DNA of 64,000 bases from assembly GCA_964632315.1 (NCBI GenBank), contig CAZWEM010000001.1, forward strand, positions 96,001-160,000. Direction: 5' to 3'. The position numbers and the translations under genes were made by a program. The notes under the pieces were generated by a model. The model had not been told where the DNA came from, did no database searches, and was given only the letters and a program-made list of their open reading frames with translations. The stretch is from an uncultured archaeon. GTDB lineage: Archaea > Asgardarchaeota > Lokiarchaeia > Sigyniarchaeales > SOKP01. This document shows positions 30,089-38,757 of the stretch, one piece after another; the first letter of the stretch is position 1; each line of letters opens with the position of its first letter.

Positions 30089-30739
30089 TTAAGATCCTTC
30101 TAATTCCTTCCTCAACTTTTCGATTTCATCCTCCAATTTCGCTTTTGTACGAATTTCAGGTTCTTCTTCATCATCAAATTCAGAAATGTATTGTAAATCA
30201 TCTACAGGAACATCTGGTACTTGTCCACTCTGATCTAATAGCATTTCAGTTTCAAGTTGGTTAAGTTCATCTGTCACATCAATTGCTAGGTCAATTTCAG
30301 GATCTCCTGCTAATATCTCAGCAGATTCTTCTATCTCTGAAACGTAAGCCTCAGAATCTTCTGCTATTTCTGCTATTCTAGTGGGAGCTGCCTTTGTTGC
30401 AATTGTCTCTAATTCATCCCTAATTCCTCCCATTAAATCACCAGTCATCGAAATCATTTGTCCTTCTTCAATTGCTTCTATTTGCCTTTCAATTTTTGCT
30501 CGAATATTATTCGCTCTATCAACTTTTTGTTGATATTGTTTAAATTGAATCAAATAATTTTTAGCTCTCTCCCGCTCGCCTCTTTGTAAAGCAATTTTTG
30601 CGTTCTTTCGTGAAATTTCCGCTCTTTTATTATATGTTTTATTCGCTAATGCGATCTTCCGGATATGTGATTTTGCTTTTGTCACTAATTCTTCTTTTTC
30701 TTGGTCTTTTCGAGGGAATAATTTTTTTTTAAGTCCCAG
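30089..30739 (-). CDS. ESCRT-III Snf7-family protein (Vps20/32/60-like); probable CTG start at 30739
   Basis: Basic N-half (AKIALQRGERERAKNYL), acidic C-half, DELNQLE, MIM2-like VPDVP, terminal helix EDEIEKLRKEL; frame open up to the CTG with GGAG upstream. Confidence 0.85.
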   Translation of the reverse strand: MGLKKKLFPRKDQEKEELVTKAKSHIRKIALANKTYNKRAEISRKNAKIALQRGERERAKNYLIQFKQYQQKVDRANNIRAKIERQIEAIEEGQMISMTGDLMGGIRDELETIATKAAPTRIAEIAEDSEAYVSEIEESAEILAGDPEIDLAIDVTDELNQLETEMLLDQSGQVPDVPVDDLQYISEFDDEEEPEIRTKAKLEDEIEKLRKELEGS

Positions 30740-30804
30740 CTTGCTTCAACTCCATTAGGAAGTTTATTTTAATTAATTCTCTTTATTAATTATTAAGATA
30801 ATTT

Positions 30805-30836
30805 TAACTTAAGAATTTATGTAACTTAAGAATTTA
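30805..30836. repeat. Perfect 15-bp direct repeat TAACTTAAGAATTTA x2 (17-bp period)
   Basis: Copies at 30805-30819 and 30822-30836. Confidence 0.8.
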
Positions 30837-30887
30837 ATAATTATAATGTCTTTTGTATCAAAAAATCTTTTATAGACCAATGGTTGA

Positions 30888-31991
30888 TTGTGGATGAAAA
30901 AAATAATTCTTGATTTCCAAAAAAAGCAGCAAAAGTATAAGGAATTAGTTCAAGAAGCTTTTAATAATAACTTTCTTGATTTTTTAATCTCAAAGGACAC
31001 ATTTCAAGATTTTAAAGACATTGATCGTGTAAAAATATATTCCAAAGATAAAGCTTTATCTCCCGACGTGCTAATTTGCGGTGATAATCAATCACTAAAG
31101 GAATCTATTCAATTTGATGATCAAAAGCTAGGATATTATAAAAAAATAAAGGAAAAAGAAGATGTGGATGATTTAATTTCAAAAAAAAACACTTTAGATT
31201 TTGTCTTCGTTTCAGCAGAAGACTGGAAAATCATCCCCTATGAAAATTTAATTGCTCAAATGCAGGGAAGCAAAACTAAAATTATTGCAGAAGTGAGAGA
31301 TCTTAATGAAGCAGAATTAATGTTAAACGTTTTAGAAGTTGGCGTGGATGGAATTCTTTTTTATCCAAATAGGATTAGTCAAATTTCAGAATTAAAGAGA
31401 TTTATTCAGTCTTATCATCAAATTGATATGAAAACTGCAGAGATCATAAATATCCAGCAAATTTCTGAAGGAGAGAGAGTGTGCGTTGACACAAGTTCAC
31501 TCCTACAACCAGGAGAAGGAATGTTGATTGGAAGTACTGCAAAAGGATTTGTATTGGTGCATGCTGAAGTTTTTGAAACTAAGTTCGTCTCATCGAGACC
31601 ATTTAGAGTCAATGCGGGGGATGTTTCTGCATATATATTAGTGCCTTCAGAAAATTTAGAAACTTACTCAACTAAATATTTGAGTGAATTAAAAGGGGGA
31701 GATAAAGTGTTAATCGCGAATAAAAATGGAACTTATAGAATAGTTTCTGTAGCAAGAGTTAAAATAGAAACCAGACCAATGATCCGGTTTGAATTAATTT
31801 CTACACAACAGGATACTGAATTCAATATGAGCATCATATGCCAAAATGCAGAAACAATAAGATTGATTGATAAAGAGGGTAATGCTAAATCCGTAGTTGA
31901 CATTAAAAAAGGTGATCAAGTATTGGTTCATATAGGTCCCGGAGCAACTCATTTTGGTACTGCGATTGATGAGAAAATTATTGAGAAATAA
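30888..31991 (+). CDS. aroB': 3-dehydroquinate synthase II (archaeal AroB')
   Basis: WKIIPYENLIA, LEVGVDG, GERVCVDT, GEGMLIGS, RPFRVNAG, YLSEL, KIETRP, QNAETIRL, THFG. Confidence 0.95.
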   Translation: MWMKKIILDFQKKQQKYKELVQEAFNNNFLDFLISKDTFQDFKDIDRVKIYSKDKALSPDVLICGDNQSLKESIQFDDQKLGYYKKIKEKEDVDDLISKKNTLDFVFVSAEDWKIIPYENLIAQMQGSKTKIIAEVRDLNEAELMLNVLEVGVDGILFYPNRISQISELKRFIQSYHQIDMKTAEIINIQQISEGERVCVDTSSLLQPGEGMLIGSTAKGFVLVHAEVFETKFVSSRPFRVNAGDVSAYILVPSENLETYSTKYLSELKGGDKVLIANKNGTYRIVSVARVKIETRPMIRFELISTQQDTEFNMSIICQNAETIRLIDKEGNAKSVVDIKKGDQVLVHIGPGATHFGTAIDEKIIEK

Positions 31992-31994
31992 ATT

Positions 31995-32453
31995 TTAATC
32001 CTCATATATAGCAAAAGTGCTTTTGCTCTCTTCTATTTTTACCTTAACTTGTTTGTCTTTATATTTTAGTTTTATTTGATCATGAATATATTTTGCAAGC
32101 AATTCGCTAGTTGTAGCTGATAATGGAAGAAACTTCACCTCTGCCAGGGGGAACATGTACCTCTTTCCACTTTTTGTTGAAATATTAACAATATCATCTG
32201 AAATTTGAATTTCTAAATCTGTAGATTTTTCAGGAATTAAAATGAAATGATCTAATGGTTTAACTATTGCTTTTAACTCCTTTTTCAACTCAATAAAGTC
32301 GACGACGAAAAAATTGGGATCTAATTTTGAGGATATTTCCACCGATACGTAATAGTTATGACCATGAAGCCTAGAACATTTTCGGGGTTCTTTAAGAAAA
32401 TGACAAGCACTAAACTTTATTATATTTGATTCTATCACGACTTTATGTTTCAT
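31995..32453 (-). CDS. queD: 6-carboxy-5,6,7,8-tetrahydropterin synthase
   Basis: FSACHF, CSRLHGHNY, DF..LK, LDH, TTSELLA. Confidence 0.9.
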   Translation of the reverse strand: MKHKVVIESNIIKFSACHFLKEPRKCSRLHGHNYYVSVEISSKLDPNFFVVDFIELKKELKAIVKPLDHFILIPEKSTDLEIQISDDIVNISTKSGKRYMFPLAEVKFLPLSATTSELLAKYIHDQIKLKYKDKQVKVKIEESKSTFAIYED

Positions 32454-32636
32454 GTTGCTTCATACAACAATAAGGTTTGTTATGAATTGATTTTAAAAAT
32501 TTATATATTTTGTCATTGAAATTCATAAATAGATTGAAAAAAATGAAGGTTAAGGTATTCTATATCTTATAATCATACTTTTTAAATGTCTAAGAATCAA
32601 CTTCTAAAATATAATTCACAAATTTAGGTATTCATT

Positions 32637-34217
32637 ATGAATTCGAAGAGAATTGCTGTTTTAGGCGCTAATGGATATTTAGGAATAAATCTAACAAAGA
32701 AAGCCATTTCTCAAGGTTTGGATGTCCATGCGATTGTAAGAAGGGAAGAGGTAGTAAAAGGGTTAGAATTATTAGGTGCGAATGTGAGTATTGTTAAGGG
32801 ATTTGAGATAGATTCTCTTAAAAAAATTTTTAATAATTCCGATGTTGTTTTTCACTTTGCTAATGTGGTATGTGGGACAAAAGAAATTTTTCAAAAAGTA
32901 AATGTAGAATCATTAAAGAACATTCTTGAGGCCTCAAGATTAGCTAACGTTTCAAGAATCATCTACCCATCGGGATTGGGGGTCGATAAATATAACAAAC
33001 TAGATTGGGCTAAGAACGAGTATTTTCGGACCAAATTTGAAGCAGAGAAGCTTATAAAAAATAACACGGTTCCTTATGTTATTTTCAGACCTTCTTACAT
33101 TTTGGGACCAAATGATGAATTGATACCAGAGATAATTAATCAGATCGTCGATGGAGAGGTTATTATTGCTGGAGATGGAGATGTTCCTATGAAACCCATC
33201 TATCTAGATGATGCTTTGTCTGCCTTTCTGTCAGCAGCTTTTAATGAAAATTCAAAAAATAAAAGCTATAATCTTGTTGGACCAAAAATAATAACCATGA
33301 ATAATTTAGTAGAAATGGTAATAATTAAACTAGCTGAAGTAGGATTTAATGTTCCGAGACCAAAAATTTCACATATTCCTTATGATCAAGCACCAGAAAA
33401 ACTCGATCTCTGTATTGAGATGGTTGATGTTATGCGTTGTAATTTAACTCCTGATGGAGATGAAACAGCAAAAGAATTAGGAATAAACTTGTCTCCCTTA
33501 CAAAAAGCGATCGAATCTGCAATATTAGCAGAAATTGGCACAAAATCTAATGACTATAATGATAAGAGGGCAATATTACTGCTTTCTGGGGGTATTGATT
33601 CTGCCACAAGTCTATATTGGGGAATCAAACAAGGATATGAGATTATAGCACTGTCTTTACTATATAAGTGGCGAGCAAAAAATGAAATATTAGCTGCTAG
33701 AATGCTTGCGAAAAAAACTAAGATTAAGCTAATAGAAACATCAATTACTTTCATTGAACAAGCCACTGATCTAAAAATGGAGGGCTATTCGATTCCTTCA
33801 GTGACGCAAGCTCCGCAAGGATTCATTCCTATGAAAAATTTAATATTTTATTCTTTAGCAGCTTATTTTGCGGAAGCTTATGGTTGTAAATTTATCATTG
33901 GAGGTCAGATTTCTACTGATACAAAAACTTTTCCAGATGCAACCCCTAATTTCTTTAATCTTCTCTCTAATTTGATTAATAGCTCAAAACATAATTCAGA
34001 TAAGAATAAGATAAAGATATTATTCCCCTTAATCGATTTAAATAAATCAAAAGTAGTCAAATTAGCAAAAGAAATGAAAGTACCTTTTGAGCATACTTGG
34101 AGTTGTTATGGTGATTTTACAAGACCTTGTAATAAATGCATACCTTGTATAAATAGAAAAAAAGCTTTTTTAGATAATAAATTAAAAGATCCAGACTTTA
34201 AAATAATTGAGAAATAA
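32637..34217 (+). CDS. queC: Fusion of an NAD(P)-dependent atypical SDR (NDUFA9/epimerase-like) and 7-cyano-7-deazaguanine synthase QueC
   Basis: N-half GANGYLG, YFRTK, FRPSYILGP; C-half LLSGGIDS, IPMKNLIF, FPDA, TWSCY..PCNKCIPC..R; one uninterrupted frame. Confidence 0.85.
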   Translation: MNSKRIAVLGANGYLGINLTKKAISQGLDVHAIVRREEVVKGLELLGANVSIVKGFEIDSLKKIFNNSDVVFHFANVVCGTKEIFQKVNVESLKNILEASRLANVSRIIYPSGLGVDKYNKLDWAKNEYFRTKFEAEKLIKNNTVPYVIFRPSYILGPNDELIPEIINQIVDGEVIIAGDGDVPMKPIYLDDALSAFLSAAFNENSKNKSYNLVGPKIITMNNLVEMVIIKLAEVGFNVPRPKISHIPYDQAPEKLDLCIEMVDVMRCNLTPDGDETAKELGINLSPLQKAIESAILAEIGTKSNDYNDKRAILLLSGGIDSATSLYWGIKQGYEIIALSLLYKWRAKNEILAARMLAKKTKIKLIETSITFIEQATDLKMEGYSIPSVTQAPQGFIPMKNLIFYSLAAYFAEAYGCKFIIGGQISTDTKTFPDATPNFFNLLSNLINSSKHNSDKNKIKILFPLIDLNKSKVVKLAKEMKVPFEHTWSCYGDFTRPCNKCIPCINRKKAFLDNKLKDPDFKIIEK

Positions 34218-34233
34218 TTGGTAGAATATTTTT

Positions 34234-35487
34234 ATGACAGTATATTGGGCTCCTTTGCTTCACATTTACCAACCCCCTACTCAAGATGCGAACGTACTTA
34301 AAAGTATCAATAAAGAATGCTATGAACCCTTATTCTCAATATTAAGCGATTATGATATTGCTAAGATTACATTGAACGTAAATGCAGTATTAATTGAATT
34401 ACTTATTGAAAATGACTTATTCCCAACAATAGATCTCTTGAAAGATCTTGTGGCAGAATCTAAACTAGAAATAACTGGTAATGCTAAGTATCATCCTATC
34501 CTCCCATTAATTCCTAAAAAAGAAGCTTACCATCAGATTGAAATTAATGAAGAGCTAATAAAGAGAGAATTTGGAAACTCGTGGCAAAGAAAAGGATTTT
34601 TTCCTCCAGAAATGGCGATATCCCCAAAAATAGCTAATTATATCCAAGAATTAGGATATAAATGGGTCATTCAGAGTGGTATAGCTTTTCCTGGGGAACA
34701 GTATAAAATTGACTGGCCTTTAAATCTCATCTATAATACCGAAAATGGATTACAATTATTTTTTCGAGACGACATATTGAGCAATAAAATTTCTTTTAAA
34801 AACACTACTGCTAAGGAATTTGTAAATGACATTAAGAATTTGCATAAGAATAAGCAAAAACAAGATAGTGATACTTATATAATAACAGCAATGGATGGTG
34901 AGACTTTTGGACATCATATCAAAAATTATGAAAACATTTTTTTAAAGAGGGTATTAGATATAATTTTAAGAGAGGATGACATCCAAATGTCATTCATAAG
35001 TAATTTAGATTCAAAATTTCCAATAAGCGACCAAAAAATTATTCCAAAAGAATCTAGTTGGAGCACCACTGGGCAGGATTTAGCAAATGGTATATTTTAT
35101 CCTCTCTGGAATCACCCTAATAATAAAATTCATGTGTATTACTGGAAGATGGTAAGAAGCCTTACTCAATTGATGGACTTAACAGATGGTATAGATTTCA
35201 CTGACAATTGGGAAGCTAAAAATTATCACACAACTGCTAGATGGTTTTATGATAAGAGCTTTTGTTCAGATACTACTTGGTGGGCAAATCCTCCAAATTT
35301 ATGGAGTCCTAACATGATATATAAAGGCATAATCTTATTGATAAAAGCCGCATTAAATGCTCACTTAGCATTATTAAAAGCTAATATCAGGAAGGGAGAA
35401 GGATATTTTGATGCAATATTATATTATCATGGATTAATATTAATGGAAATTGCATCCATGTCTCAATATCCTAAAAATAAACGTTAG
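34234..35487 (+). CDS. Glycoside hydrolase family 57
   Basis: HIYQP, YHPILPL, GFFPPEMA, FRD..LSNKISF, AMDGETFGHH, SSWS. Confidence 0.9.
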   Translation: MTVYWAPLLHIYQPPTQDANVLKSINKECYEPLFSILSDYDIAKITLNVNAVLIELLIENDLFPTIDLLKDLVAESKLEITGNAKYHPILPLIPKKEAYHQIEINEELIKREFGNSWQRKGFFPPEMAISPKIANYIQELGYKWVIQSGIAFPGEQYKIDWPLNLIYNTENGLQLFFRDDILSNKISFKNTTAKEFVNDIKNLHKNKQKQDSDTYIITAMDGETFGHHIKNYENIFLKRVLDIILREDDIQMSFISNLDSKFPISDQKIIPKESSWSTTGQDLANGIFYPLWNHPNNKIHVYYWKMVRSLTQLMDLTDGIDFTDNWEAKNYHTTARWFYDKSFCSDTTWWANPPNLWSPNMIYKGIILLIKAALNAHLALLKANIRKGEGYFDAILYYHGLILMEIASMSQYPKNKR

Positions 35488-35596
35488 AATATGAATTTCA
35501 TAATGAAAAACTATAAAATTTGTACCACAATATCTTACAAAATGATTTATCAGAATAATGCATTATATTTTAAATTCATAAATATTCCTAATAATT

Positions 35597-36697
35597 ATGT
35601 CCAAAGAGAACAATAGTGAAAATAAAATCAAATACTGCGTTCATTGTGGAGCGAAAGTTGGAGAAAATGAAACTTATTGCCCTAATTGTGGAAAATTAGT
35701 GGTTAAATTATCAGATGCAAAATCAGAAATTACTCCTCCTAAATTGAAGACCGCGAAAATAACTAGAACCTGTCCTGGATGTGGTTCAATAATCACTTCT
35801 CCTATCCTTGAACAATGCCCTATATGTAATACCATTTTAGAAAAAGTACCTAAGGATATGAGATCAGAACCATCTGAAACCCCTCAAAAGGGCTCTGGTG
35901 TTATCTTTTCCGATAAAAAATTAGTTCCAGAAAAAGCATTGACTCTTAAAAAAGATTCATGGAATTTAAAAGAAGGGCTGAATGTTTTTGTTAACGCTTT
36001 AGTATGGTATGTAATGATTAGATTCCTTATCATCATCTTGCTATCACTTCAGTCACAAGCAATCAATGTGGATATCACTACAATTTTATTAAGTCAAATC
36101 CCAGATCTTATTTTTGCCGTGTACCCAATATGGTACATCTATGCAAAAAAACATAAATTCTCAAAATTAGGATTTAATTTTAAGAGAAGTAAAGTAATAT
36201 ATGCATTTATTCTAGGGATTATAGGAGCTATAATTTTAGTCTTTACTGATGTCTTATCGAATTATATCATCGAATTCATGTATTCAATTGGTATTAATTT
36301 TGCTAATGTAGACACCTATATTACGCAAGAACATGCGGTTATCCAAGATGCAAATCTAACGTGGTTGATTCTCTTAATTGCCCTTCTTGTTATTGGATCA
36401 ATATCTTCAGAAATCATTTACAGAGGAGTTCTTCATAATACTTTGAGGGAATATTTTCAAAATAAAATCATAGGCAGGATTTATGTAATTTTAATAGTAG
36501 CCGTAATATATTCTGCGATTTATTTATTATTTTCTCTACCAATTGGGTTATACTTCTTTGTGACAAATTTCATAGTTTTCATTATTCTCGGTATTATTTA
36601 TGAAATTAATGGAAATATTTTGAATACTATTATTGTAAATGCGATATACAATATTACGTTGGTATTGATTATCTATTTCAACGTTTCTCTTTTTTAG
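35597..36697 (+). CDS. Double zinc-ribbon protein fused to a degenerate CPBP (Abi/CAAX protease) membrane domain
   Basis: CVHCG..CPNCG, CPGCG..CPICN; SSEIIYRG at the EExxxR position. Confidence 0.8.
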   Translation: MSKENNSENKIKYCVHCGAKVGENETYCPNCGKLVVKLSDAKSEITPPKLKTAKITRTCPGCGSIITSPILEQCPICNTILEKVPKDMRSEPSETPQKGSGVIFSDKKLVPEKALTLKKDSWNLKEGLNVFVNALVWYVMIRFLIIILLSLQSQAINVDITTILLSQIPDLIFAVYPIWYIYAKKHKFSKLGFNFKRSKVIYAFILGIIGAIILVFTDVLSNYIIEFMYSIGINFANVDTYITQEHAVIQDANLTWLILLIALLVIGSISSEIIYRGVLHNTLREYFQNKIIGRIYVILIVAVIYSAIYLLFSLPIGLYFFVTNFIVFIILGIIYEINGNILNTIIVNAIYNITLVLIIYFNVSLF

Positions 36698-36819
36698 TTA
36701 TTCTCTTTTCTCTTTAATATATAAATTTAATAATTAAAAAATCACATATCTCTAGTGGTATTATTAATAGATTCGATTGTAACCAATTGGAAAATTGTTA
36801 ATATCTGGAGTTTTCAAGA

Positions 36820-37530
36820 TTGACAAAAAGATTTTATCGCAATAAGGGAAAAAAAGAAAACATAGTCATTTCAATAGCAGGTGCTCATGGTGTTGGAAAA
36901 ACAACTCTCTTTAATTTATTAAAGAAAGAATTAAAAAATAATAACAAATTTAAATTCTATCCAGAGCGGTATGTAAAAAACCCTCCTTTTCCCTTTGGTT
37001 CGGATGATAAACAGATTGGCTTTAGAAGTGAAATACATTATCTTCAGCAATTTATACGCAGAGATCAAAGTGTTAAGAAATTCGATAGAACATATAATGG
37101 GAGAATTATAATCTTAGACAGAACGCCAATTTGTGTCTTAGTTTATTCTAAAGCTTTAAGGTTGAAGAAAAAAGATTATGATTTAATATATGATACTTAC
37201 AAATCCGTTGATTGGAGAGAAGACTATGTCATTTATCTCACTGCTGAAGCTCATACTATTATGAAAAGAATCCTCCAGAGAGGATCTTTAGATAAAGAAA
37301 GGAAAGAATGGAATGAAGATAAGCAAGATTATTTACTCTATACACGTTCTTATTATAAGAAACTATTATTACCTAATGAAAATGTCATCATACTCAATAC
37401 AGATAAACTCTCTCAAGACGAGGTATTAAAGCAAATAAAACTTATTATAACGCGTTTAACTGGATTTTCATTTAAAAAGTTAGAAAAACTCCCTCCTACT
37501 CAAAAGAGTATTCTAAATTTTTTGAATTAA
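36820..37530 (+). CDS. Deoxynucleoside/thymidylate kinase family P-loop protein
   Basis: GAHGVGKTT, PE, ILDRT, IYLTA..IMKRILQRG. Confidence 0.82.
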   Translation: MTKRFYRNKGKKENIVISIAGAHGVGKTTLFNLLKKELKNNNKFKFYPERYVKNPPFPFGSDDKQIGFRSEIHYLQQFIRRDQSVKKFDRTYNGRIIILDRTPICVLVYSKALRLKKKDYDLIYDTYKSVDWREDYVIYLTAEAHTIMKRILQRGSLDKERKEWNEDKQDYLLYTRSYYKKLLLPNENVIILNTDKLSQDEVLKQIKLIITRLTGFSFKKLEKLPPTQKSILNFLN

Positions 37531-37611
37531 AACATGAAAAAATATATTAGTATTGATTTTATGATAATTATTAAATAAGTATTTATTTACTCGATTGAGG
37601 ATTTATAATAA

Positions 37612-38583
37612 ATGTCATCTCTCCCCCAAGATATGCGTGATAAAATGATGAGCATCCTCAAGATTGAGGAGGACAAAACTGATTTGGAGAATTTAGCAGT
37701 TTTATCACGAGTAGGTATGAAAGTTGCATCTGCTACTACTTCAGAATTAGACGCTGATGCGACCTCAGCTTCAAGTACGGCTTTAATTGATTTGGGATTA
37801 AGACTGAGTGAAGCGACTGCACATGGGGCGTTAATTGAAATTATACTCCATAATTCTTTTGGCTACAGTATTTTACAAGCGATAAATGATGATTTTATTG
37901 TATTTGGGGGATTAAAGAATGTTTTTAGAATAGGATATTATTTAGGATATTTAAAAGAATTAGCTAAAAAATTAAACCGCTTAATTTCTGGCGATCAAAT
38001 CACAGAGATGACGCTCTCATTAGATGCTGCTGAAAAAGCTAAATTGGGCATCCAAGATGATTCAGAGGATATGACACCGGTTAAACCCTCCTTAGAACAA
38101 GACAAGGCTGCTCTGGATGATTTGTTAGGTTTTTTAGACGATTGGGAAAAACAAGGTACCGATGAAAAAGAACTTGAGTCAGTAGCAGATAATAATATTG
38201 TTTCAATCCCAAAATCACGTAGCATCGAACACGAAAGACAATTAATTCGCGATCAAGCTTCATCTCAAGCTGGGACAGAATCCTCAGCTATAAGCTCCCA
38301 ATTTAAAGTTTATGATGATGAGATTCCCCCCCTTCCCTTAGACGATTACACTCCTATGGAAATTGAGGAGGATGCTTCAGTTCAAGAACCAGAAATCGTA
38401 CAACAACCAGTTCCCCCTTTATCTCAAGCTGAATTACCAGCTTTAGACGAATTAACGCCTCCAGATTTTGAATCCGAAATGTTTGAATCAGCATCTGAAT
38501 ACGAAACTGAATTTGTTCTAGATAAAGAATCAGAAGCTTTTGAATCAATTCTTAAAGATCTTGGTTGGGATGAAGAAGAGTGA
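37612..38583 (+). CDS. Roadblock/LC7 (MglB-like) domain with long acidic disordered tail
   Basis: LAVLSRVGMKVAS, SASSTALIDLG.R, G.L.EIIL..G, IGYYL..LK; ~195-aa D/E/P-rich C-terminus. Confidence 0.8.
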   Translation: MSSLPQDMRDKMMSILKIEEDKTDLENLAVLSRVGMKVASATTSELDADATSASSTALIDLGLRLSEATAHGALIEIILHNSFGYSILQAINDDFIVFGGLKNVFRIGYYLGYLKELAKKLNRLISGDQITEMTLSLDAAEKAKLGIQDDSEDMTPVKPSLEQDKAALDDLLGFLDDWEKQGTDEKELESVADNNIVSIPKSRSIEHERQLIRDQASSQAGTESSAISSQFKVYDDEIPPLPLDDYTPMEIEEDASVQEPEIVQQPVPPLSQAELPALDELTPPDFESEMFESASEYETEFVLDKESEAFESILKDLGWDEEE

Positions 38584-38757
38584 TGAAGATCATTAATGGA
38601 TTCTATCTATCCTTTATTTCATCAATTTGATTTTTGAAAATTTTAATTATGGAAAATAATCCAGAAACATTAAATCTTTAAATAATGAATAGAGTTAAAT
38701 TATATTTAACCAAATTTATTTAGGAAAATTATTTTAGTAAGAAAAAAGTGCTAACTT

